Source: a virus
Taxonomy: Duplodnaviria > Caudoviricetes
Strand: one strand, 5' to 3'
Virus record (IMG/VR): IMGVR_UViG_3300038316_000164
Span: 1 to 26,035 of that record
DNA length: 26,035 bases
Positions 1 to 5,964 of this stretch are shown here, one piece after another (within the stretch, counting starts at the first letter, position 1; the number at the start of each line of letters is the position of its first letter). Under the pieces are notes generated by a model. The model had not been told where the DNA came from and did not search any database. It was given only the letters and a program-made list of their open reading frames with translations. The position numbers and the translations under genes are program-made.

Positions 1-32
1 ATTTTAATGGCTTTACGGCAAACATTTCATAT

Positions 33-76
33 TGGCGGGAGCATGTGGGAATCGAACCCACCTAACGTGGTATTAG
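33..76 (-). other. Prophage attachment site: duplicated 3' fragment of tRNA-Sec (selC), not a complete tRNA
   Basis: - strand reads CTAATACCACGTTAG-GTGGG-TTCGATT-CCCAC-ATGCTCCC-G-CCA: 5-bp T stem, 8-nt acceptor strand, G discriminator and CCA, the 8/5 geometry of bacterial tRNA-Sec. No matching 5' acceptor strand (GGGAGCAT), D arm or anticodon arm upstream. The right boundary is approximate. Confidence 0.85.
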
Positions 77-102
77 TTCGCTTTTAAACCTTATCAGCAA
101 TG

Positions 103-154
103 GACAAGCATAGTCAAAAGATAGTATTTTCAGCGGTTTTAAACCATGCTTGTC
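103..154. repeat. Inverted repeat near att (GACAAGCAT / ATGCTTGTC)
   Basis: Perfect 9-bp arms at 103-111 and 146-154, extendable imperfectly on both sides. Confidence 0.6.
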
Positions 155-190
155 TACATTTTTAATCAATAGTTATCATGCTAAATCAAT

Positions 191-214
191 TTTTTACACC
201 CATTTTTACACCCA
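191..214. repeat. Tandem 12-bp direct repeat, likely integrase arm-type binding sites
   Basis: TTTTTACACCCA at 191-202 and 203-214, about 120 bp inside the att core, where tyrosine-integrase arm sites typically lie. Confidence 0.65.
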
Positions 215-263
215 ATTTAGATTTTAGTTTCTTTTAAAAAAATGTATACTCTTACAAGATTTA

Positions 264-272
264 TGATAAAAT
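264..272 (+). promoter_or_regulatory. Extended -10 sigma-A-type promoter for the 292-453 ORF
   Basis: TG-A-TAAAAT at 264-272, directly upstream of RBS AAGGAGGG (278-285). Confidence 0.5.
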
Positions 273-291
273 AACATAAGGAGGGATTGCA

Positions 292-453
292 ATGAAATTT
301 ATAATTTTTTATGAAATAAATCATGGAGAATATCAATTAAGCATGGAAATTCAGGCAGATAAATTTGAAAAAATAGATAAAAGAACTATAAAAGTAAATG
401 GCGCATTAATAGAGCTTGAAGATGCCATTATTGTTGATATTAAAAAAATATAG
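292..453 (+). CDS. Small hypothetical protein, 53 aa (moron; not in ORF track)
   Basis: Manual translation MKFIIFYEINHGEYQLSMEIQADKFEKIDKRTIKVNGALIELEDAIIVDIKKI; strong RBS, own promoter and own terminator. Confidence 0.8.
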   Translation: MKFIIFYEINHGEYQLSMEIQADKFEKIDKRTIKVNGALIELEDAIIVDIKKI

Positions 454-457
454 TGAT

Positions 458-497
458 TAGCCCTCAAGGATTTCCCATGGAGGGCTATTTTATTTTG
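458..497 (+). terminator. Rho-independent terminator
   Basis: TAGCCCTC (458-465) / GAGGGCTA (480-487) stem followed by TTTTATTTT. Confidence 0.85.
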
Positions 498-557
498 CTC
501 TTATTCTACTGGCTTTTTAAAAAAACTTTAACATAGCTTTAAAAGTGGCAGGAAGCA

Positions 558-602
558 TACTAAATTAGATACTAAAAAAGGTACTAAATGCATTTAGTAC
601 CT
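558..602. repeat. Phased TACTAAA repeats and perfect 24-bp palindrome (candidate oriT/relaxosome site)
   Basis: TACTAAA at 558, 570 and 582 (12-bp period) plus an inverted copy at 593-599; AGGTACTAAATGCATTTAGTACCT (579-602) is a perfect palindrome. The function is inferred. Confidence 0.75.
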
Positions 603-661
603 GAACCACTCTTAAAGCATTGAGTTTACTGTATTTATCTAAGGCAAAATTCTTGTGATAC

Positions 662-1153
662 TTATAGTATTATATAGTGAACTCCGTTTATTTCTTCTTT
701 TCTTTTACCTTTACATACTACACAAAATTCGAATTCCACTCCCGTCCTCTTCAATGCTGCCATTACACCATTTATTTTTTCCTTGCTTGTTCTATTATAT
801 ATATCTATTTCTACTATTATTATTTTGTCCGTTTTTAATATTATTATGCAGTCTACAATAAATTTTTTAATTTTATATTCTCTCTGAATAAACTTAATAT
901 TATCTTTATATTTTATTATAAAGTCATTTAGGATTAATGAATGGTATGATGGCATTTTCTTAGTGTAATAAACTTTTTTACCCAGCACTGGATGAACTGC
1001 TGCTTTAAGAAATTTATTGTCTGAAAGTTTCTTAAGCCTAATACTGCAAGTTGTATAATTTGTAAAGAATAATTTATTTATTTGTTCTATAGTTGCACCC
1101 TTATTATCGGTTATCCAGTTTATTATTTCAGTATCTCTATCCGTTAAGTGCAT
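662..1153 (-). CDS. Replication-relaxation (Replic_Relax / MOBC-like) protein: winged helix plus PD-(D/E)xK-type nuclease
   Basis: N-terminal LTDRDxxII...TIEQI..LFF...RLKKL winged-helix pattern, an HxL motif, then VDCII...IVEID acidic motif; overlaps the end of the FtsK-like gene. Confidence 0.8.
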   Translation of the reverse strand: MHLTDRDTEIINWITDNKGATIEQINKLFFTNYTTCSIRLKKLSDNKFLKAAVHPVLGKKVYYTKKMPSYHSLILNDFIIKYKDNIKFIQREYKIKKFIVDCIIILKTDKIIIVEIDIYNRTSKEKINGVMAALKRTGVEFEFCVVCKGKRKEEINGVHYIIL

Positions 1154-2309
1154 TTAATATATCCATAATATCTTGCTTCACAGGCACAACTGGAGCAATA
1201 TCTTTTGATTTTTCTACTATTTTATCTTTAATGTTGGTCATAACTAAATTATGGTTCATGGTATAACTGTACCCTTGTTGCTCTCCTAATGTTCTACAAA
1301 TTAATTCTCTTTCTTGTAATTTAGTAGCATTGCCATTACCCAAAATAACTTGTGCTGCTGGTTCATCTGCTATTTTTAAACTTATCCTGGTGCACAACTG
1401 GGCTTTGATGTCTGAAGGTATACTATCAGAAGTAGGTTTTTGAAGTGCAGTAATGAGAAATACTCCTGATGATCTGCCTACATTTACTATGGTTTTGATG
1501 TGTTTTAAGCACTCTGCTTTTAACTTCTTTTCCGCTTTAGTATCTCCACGTGAAATATTAAGAAACGAAAATTCCTCTATAACAACATAAATATATTTAA
1601 GCTTACATTGAGCTTTTTTATTATAATCTTCTACACTATAATATCCTTTAGTATTATCTATTAGATTTTCTCTTTTTTTGCATTCCATATCTATATATTC
1701 CAGGCTCTCCAAAACTTCATCTAATGTTTTGCTATTTGTTTTTACCTGTATACAATTTGTAAATACTCCTAAATCATTTTTTCTTACTTGCAGCAAATGT
1801 ATTTCTACATTAGAGCAATACTTTATTAGATTAGTTAGAATTAATAATAAAATCCTACTTTTACCCGTCCCTGTATCCCCTCCAATAAGCATATGTGGAA
1901 ACTTATTCATGTCTATTATTATTGGACCGGTTAACCCTCCAGCGATAAGTAATTTATTTGGAGGTAACTTTATAGGTTCATATTCCTTAAAATTAAATTC
2001 TTTTATACAATACATATCTACTATATTATTTTCTGTTTTAAGTTGTATAGCTTTGTACCCCAAACCTTCTTTAAATACATCTAAATCCTTCTGCAATTGC
2101 TCAAATGTATAGCCATAAGGCAGCTCTATTTGTATTATGTGACCATAGCCTGTGCGTTGTATGGACCATATTTTTAATGTTTTATCTAATTTATTTGTAA
2201 ATTCATTTTTACTATAAGTTATTTGTTTCCACTTTCTTCTTATGTTTATTTTATCCCAATTGTTATAAGTATAAGCAATACAACCTAGGATTAGGGTTTC
2301 CACAATCAT
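1137..2309 (-). CDS. FtsK/SpoIIIE-family ATPase (coupling-protein-like DNA translocase)
   Basis: PHMLIGGDTGTGKS Walker A, YVVIEEF Walker B variant, GRSSGVFLITALQKP motif; short hydrophobic N-terminus; no obvious gamma domain. Confidence 0.92.
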   Translation of the reverse strand: MIVETLILGCIAYTYNNWDKINIRRKWKQITYSKNEFTNKLDKTLKIWSIQRTGYGHIIQIELPYGYTFEQLQKDLDVFKEGLGYKAIQLKTENNIVDMYCIKEFNFKEYEPIKLPPNKLLIAGGLTGPIIIDMNKFPHMLIGGDTGTGKSRILLLILTNLIKYCSNVEIHLLQVRKNDLGVFTNCIQVKTNSKTLDEVLESLEYIDMECKKRENLIDNTKGYYSVEDYNKKAQCKLKYIYVVIEEFSFLNISRGDTKAEKKLKAECLKHIKTIVNVGRSSGVFLITALQKPTSDSIPSDIKAQLCTRISLKIADEPAAQVILGNGNATKLQERELICRTLGEQQGYSYTMNHNLVMTNIKDKIVEKSKDIAPVVPVKQDIMDILNALNG

Positions 2310-2446
2310 TTTTTCACCTTCTTATTGGGTGAAACTGTTTCTGCTATAAATAATATAGCTGTTAAAAAAACAAATTGTTTAATAGGATCCGTAAAAAGGC
2401 TTTGTATAGATTTTATAAATAACTTATCTAACACAAATAGGTCCAT
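2306..2446 (-). CDS. Small hydrophobic/membrane peptide, 46 aa (not in ORF track)
   Basis: MDLFVLDKLFIKSIQSLFTDPIKQFVFLTAILFIAETVSPNKKVKK; RBS AGGAGA; its stop overlaps the FtsK start (ATGA coupling). Confidence 0.75.
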   Translation of the reverse strand: MDLFVLDKLFIKSIQSLFTDPIKQFVFLTAILFIAETVSPNKKVKK

Positions 2447-2588
2447 TATTTTCTTCTCCTTTTTCTAAGTGCTTAATATAAAGCTCTATTGCTTTTTTAA
2501 CGAATTCTGATTTTTCCTCCTGAATCATAACTGCATTATATAATTTCGTATCTCTCGTAGTTTTTTTAAAACTTACATCAACTTTCAT
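2424..2588 (-). CDS. Putative ribbon-helix-helix DNA-binding protein, 54 aa (not in ORF track)
   Basis: MKVDVSFKKTTRDTKLYNAVMIQEEKSEFVKKAIELYIKHLEKGEENNGPICVR: alternating beta strand, helix, then KSEFVKKAI helix typical of CopG/ParR-like RHH proteins; RBS GGGGTGG. Confidence 0.7.
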   Translation of the reverse strand: MKVDVSFKKTTRDTKLYNAVMIQEEKSEFVKKAIELYIKHLEKGEENNGPICVR

Positions 2589-2626
2589 TAAATCCACCCC
2601 ATTAATTCTTAATCTTTACTACTAAT

Positions 2627-2660
2627 ATATTCGTTGCTTATAATGATATTGCCTGTCCAC
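2627..2660 (-). promoter_or_regulatory. Candidate sporulation-sigma promoter (sigma-H-like, or sigma-E-like with a SpoIIID-like box) for the RHH-FtsK-relaxase operon
   Basis: ACAGGCAAT-N12-AACGAATAT versus B. subtilis sigma-H consensus RNAGGAWWW-N11/12-RNNGAATWW (1 mismatch); overlapping GGACAGGC resembles the SpoIIID box GGACAAGC. Confidence 0.45.
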
Positions 2661-2695
2661 TAGAATATATCTATTAATTAGCAGATATATTATTT

Positions 2696-2733
2696 AAAAA
2701 AATATGGCACTTATTTATCTAAGTACCATATTT
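2696..2733 (-). terminator. Terminator overlapping the end of the XRE gene
   Basis: - strand AAATATGGTACTTA-GATAAA-TAAGTGCCATATTT running into a T tract. Confidence 0.7.
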
Positions 2734-2913
2734 CCTCTATTTTCATATTCAATTTTTCAGCTATAATAAGTGCAGTTTCTAATGTTACTTGTTTATTATT
2801 GTTTTCAATTCTATTGTAATCTTTATTATTTATATTTAAAAGCTCAGCAAAGTCCTTTTGAAATTTATAGCCCATTTTTAATCGTATTTCTAAAAGCCTA
2901 TTTTTTACCCCAT
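2711..2913 (-). pseudogene. XRE/Cro-family helix-turn-helix regulator with an apparent 1-nt frameshift just after the start codon
   Basis: RBS GGAGGGGTG then ATG GGG TAA; the neighbouring frame reads GVKNRLLEIRLKMGYKFQKDFAELLNINNKDYNRIENNNKQVTLETALIIAEKLNMKIEEIWYLDK. The span is 203 nt and one extra G would restore a 67-aa protein. An in-frame ATG at 2875 gives a 54-aa truncated form. Confidence 0.75.
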
Positions 2914-2943
2914 GAACTCACCCCTCCACTTTTGTATATGTAA

Positions 2944-2972
2944 ATATTCTCCACATTTTATTATTTACCTTT
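2944..2972 (-). promoter_or_regulatory. Candidate sigma-H-like promoter for the XRE gene
   Basis: AAAGGTAAA-N11-GGAGAATAT (1 mismatch to RNAGGAWWW-N11/12-RNNGAATWW), about 15 nt upstream of the RBS. Confidence 0.5.
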
Positions 2973-3205
2973 TTTATTTTTAATTTTTTCTAAGAAATTT
3001 TAAAAGATTAATAAAAAGCAGGGCAAAAACTTTTAAAAATGTCCTTAAAAATATCTGAATTATGCTAACCATGCTTTAAATGCTCCTACAGGCTCACCAT
3101 GCGTTTTTACCCCATTTTAGATATAAATATCCTTTCGCATAGGAAAATGAAGAACATTTTTGAGCGGTAAGTATAAAATATGCAAGATTAAAACAATACA
3201 GTTTC

Positions 3206-3242
3206 AAAAAATAAAAAAAGACCTGGAGAAAAAACTCCAGGT
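3206..3242 (-). terminator. Terminator at the end of the lysis cassette
   Basis: ACCTGGAG (3221-3228) / CTCCAGGT (3235-3242) stem followed on the - strand by CTTTTTTTATTTTTT. Confidence 0.9.
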
Positions 3243-3547
3243 TAAGCATCATGAGCTATATCTTTAGTATTTTCTTTTAAATTGTTTATGCTACTAAGTA
3301 AATCATGTATAAAATTAGAACCTCTGCTAATTAATAATCCAGAAAGAATTATGCCTATATATGGTATCGAAAGAGGCTGTCCAACAATTCCAAACAAATC
3401 TATATTTGCTCCAAAACATAAAAGTTCACTGACTATCAATGAACCAATTCTATCAATTGATATTTTTCCATTAGGATAAAACATTTTGCAAGTTTCCCAA
3501 ACTGCCTCACAGATTATTGCTATTGTTAAAACTCCTAAAATATTCAT
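3242..3547 (-). CDS. Putative holin
   Basis: 101 aa with about three hydrophobic segments and a charged C-terminus; abuts the endolysin gene; RBS GGAGGT. Confidence 0.65.
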   Translation of the reverse strand: MNILGVLTIAIICEAVWETCKMFYPNGKISIDRIGSLIVSELLCFGANIDLFGIVGQPLSIPYIGIILSGLLISRGSNFIHDLLSSINNLKENTKDIAHDA

Positions 3548-4315
3548 TTACTTTACCTCCACTTTCTTTTTATTTCCAAAATAAAAATCATTCTCATTTT
3601 GACTTGTCATAATATGGCCATTAAAAGTTGTAACAAAGTTTGTTGGTGTAAGCATAAAACCTTCAAACCCATAAGGGCCTGTTTCCCTATTCCAGCTATA
3701 CTTTTTTCCATTAACTTCAAATAATTGTTCAACTTTTTGATTTTCTTTTGGATCTTGCCACTGCAAACCAAAATATTCAACTATAGCTCTGGATATACCT
3801 TTAGCATAATCTTCTTGAAATTCTTTTGATGTAACTTTTGGAGTATCTGATATAAAGTCTCCTTCTGTTATAATTGATGTCATTTTGGTGTTTCTTATCA
3901 TAAAAAAATAGTCATTATTTCTGTGACTATTCCATTTTTGTATTACACCACGATTATTAATGCCTGTATATTCTGCAATATAATTTGTTGCAAGTGTAGC
4001 CAATTTATAGCCAACATTCCCCGGCTTAGCAAATACAGAAGCATAAGCTTCTACTCCTGTAACACCGAGTAAATACATATTAATGTGTATAGATACACAT
4101 ATATCTGCATTTGATTTATTAACTAATGAAGTACGCGGCTCTGGATCTAAAGTTACATCATTAGTTCTTGTGTACAGCACTGTTATAGGATAAGGCTTTA
4201 AAAATTCTTCTACTTTTAAGCCTACAGCTAAGTTTATATTTTTTTCATATATATTTCCATTAACTGACCCCGGATCTGTCCCTCCATGCCCTGGATCTAA
4301 AACAACTTTAGGCAC
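3548..4315 (-). CDS. Endolysin, N-acetylmuramoyl-L-alanine amidase (Amidase_3)
   Basis: LDPGHGGTDPG, EK, SIHIN and TEGDF zinc/catalytic motifs. GTG at 4315 is preferred from RBS spacing (the ORF track starts at 4324). Confidence 0.93.
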   Translation of the reverse strand: MPKVVLDPGHGGTDPGSVNGNIYEKNINLAVGLKVEEFLKPYPITVLYTRTNDVTLDPEPRTSLVNKSNADICVSIHINMYLLGVTGVEAYASVFAKPGNVGYKLATLATNYIAEYTGINNRGVIQKWNSHRNNDYFFMIRNTKMTSIITEGDFISDTPKVTSKEFQEDYAKGISRAIVEYFGLQWQDPKENQKVEQLFEVNGKKYSWNRETGPYGFEGFMLTPTNFVTTFNGHIMTSQNENDFYFGNKKKVEVK

Positions 4316-4320
4316 ATTTA

Positions 4321-4617
4321 TCACTCCCTTTCAATATTTTCAAGCCTATCTATCCTTTTATGTGCTTGTTTACTACTTTCCTCAACTTTTGTTACTCTTT
4401 CAGCGAGTGCATAGTGCCTTGTCTCCGCTGATTCCTGCTTTCTTTTCAAATCGTCAATGCCAGCTTTAATATATCCTATGTCACTCATCAGGGCACCGCT
4501 GCTTTTGCCACTTTCAGTACTCTCTTTTTGAAGTCCCTTTCTGTAGCCAATATAACCAAATATAATGCTGCATATCGTTCCAACAACTCCAACATAAGCT
4601 ATAAGGTTTTTATCCAT
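4321..4617 (-). CDS. XhlA-like / holin-associated membrane protein
   Basis: Single N-terminal TM helix plus coiled-coil C-terminus (ERVTKVEESSKQAHKRIDRLE); ATG at 4617 with RBS AGGAGGTG; first gene of the lysis cassette. Confidence 0.75.
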   Translation of the reverse strand: MDKNLIAYVGVVGTICSIIFGYIGYRKGLQKESTESGKSSGALMSDIGYIKAGIDDLKRKQESAETRHYALAERVTKVEESSKQAHKRIDRLENIERE

Positions 4618-4721
4618 TTTACACCTCCTATTTTGCCTCTGTTGGTACATTTATGTTCCCACTTTAAACGCCCATAGAGCGTTTAAAATTAATGCTTTAG
4701 GCCTATTACATATCCTGAAAA

Positions 4722-4764
4722 GGCAAAGAAAAAAGACCATTCACTTATGGTCCCTTGCTTTGCC
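4722..4764 (-). terminator. Terminator after the tail/adhesin genes
   Basis: - strand GACCAT-AAGTGA-ATGGTC then TTTTTTCTTT, with outer GGCAAAG/CTTTGCC pairing. Confidence 0.7.
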
Positions 4765-4808
4765 ATTAGATTGCTTTTTCTATTTGTACATAGTTCATAT
4801 TTTACCTC

Positions 4809-5945
4809 CTATTCATACCATTTACCAAAGAACTTAATAGATGAATTTTTACTATCTTTAAATATAATTAAAGGACTTTCAAAATCACTATAATCACAGA
4901 TAGATGATAATTCACCACTTGAATATGTGTAATAAATTTTAAATTCAGTATCTCCATAAGATTTTTTAAATATATATAAAGGGTTATTTACAACAGAATA
5001 ATCAGTAAAACTTACAAAAACATCACCATTGTTATTTGTAATAATAGATGGGTTCTCAGTTCTGTCATTAGCATTATAAATAAGTAACTCCTTACTCCAC
5101 GTAACACCACCATCAACTGAATAAATATATCTTACTCTATTTTCATTTAAGACATTATCTACTCCATGCCATACTATGTGAATTATTCCATCTTTATCTA
5201 CACATGCTGATGGTGAGAATTGTTCTCCATATCCATTATATATACTTTTTACAGACCAAGTACTATTCATTTTGCTAAAAAAATATATAATAAAAAAACA
5301 CTTACAAATTATTACAGGCATATCATTATTTATAATAATGGCTGGATCTATATAATTAAAATAGTCGTCACCGTTTGTACTTACTTGTTCCACATTTCCC
5401 CAAGTAACGCTGCCATCTGCATTTATAGTTCCCTTGCAATATCTAATATTAAAACCGTTTGGGTAAGTTGAGTTTTTACTACTCCAACAAGCGTGGAGTT
5501 CTGTCCCTGCTGAATTAATTGCAAGGGAACAATTATCTATAGCTGTTTGTAAATCTAAAACAATTTTTGGAGATACTATAACTCCATTGGAATTATAAGT
5601 AATGAATTCTTGTGTATCATTATCTATGCCAAATAACACACCTATATTATTCCCCATTGCAACTAAAGATAAGCTATTAAAATTAGTTTTATAACCAGTA
5701 TCTGTTACAAATAAATCCCATGTGTTTCCATTATCAGTACTTTTGTATAATCTATAACCTCTATTTGGAATATCTATTATACCTGCAACCAATAATCCAT
5801 TATTTAATTTAATTAATTTTCTACCACCATTACCACTTATATCATAATCACTATTTACAACTGTTACAGGAGTAGTCCTGTCAATTAAAGTTTTGCTATC
5901 CTTTTTTTTGATGGCTGCCATAAGTAATCTAAATGCTGTATTCAA
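4809..5945 (-). CDS. BNR/Asp-box beta-propeller (sialidase-like fold) protein, probable receptor-binding subunit
   Basis: Asp-box motifs KSTDNGNTW and YSVDGGVTW, repeated beta-blade pattern; TTG start with RBS GAGGTG; last tail gene. Confidence 0.7.
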   Translation of the reverse strand: MNTAFRLLMAAIKKKDSKTLIDRTTPVTVVNSDYDISGNGGRKLIKLNNGLLVAGIIDIPNRGYRLYKSTDNGNTWDLFVTDTGYKTNFNSLSLVAMGNNIGVLFGIDNDTQEFITYNSNGVIVSPKIVLDLQTAIDNCSLAINSAGTELHACWSSKNSTYPNGFNIRYCKGTINADGSVTWGNVEQVSTNGDDYFNYIDPAIIINNDMPVIICKCFFIIYFFSKMNSTWSVKSIYNGYGEQFSPSACVDKDGIIHIVWHGVDNVLNENRVRYIYSVDGGVTWSKELLIYNANDRTENPSIITNNNGDVFVSFTDYSVVNNPLYIFKKSYGDTEFKIYYTYSSGELSSICDYSDFESPLIIFKDSKNSSIKFFGKWYE

Positions 5946-5964
5946 AATATCACCTCATTATCCA

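Noticed and set aside
10-24. 15-bp identity GCTTTACGGCAAACA with 19349-19363 inside terL
   Set aside because: A single short match inside a coding region with no boundary features; most likely coincidental.
33-130. Complete tRNA gene
   Set aside because: Only the 3' part is present; there is no 5' acceptor strand, D arm or anticodon arm.
662-2309. A separate ICE or integrated plasmid adjacent to the phage
   Set aside because: No integrase, mating-pair genes or flanking repeats of its own are visible; it lies inside the prophage att boundary and is co-oriented with the phage genes.
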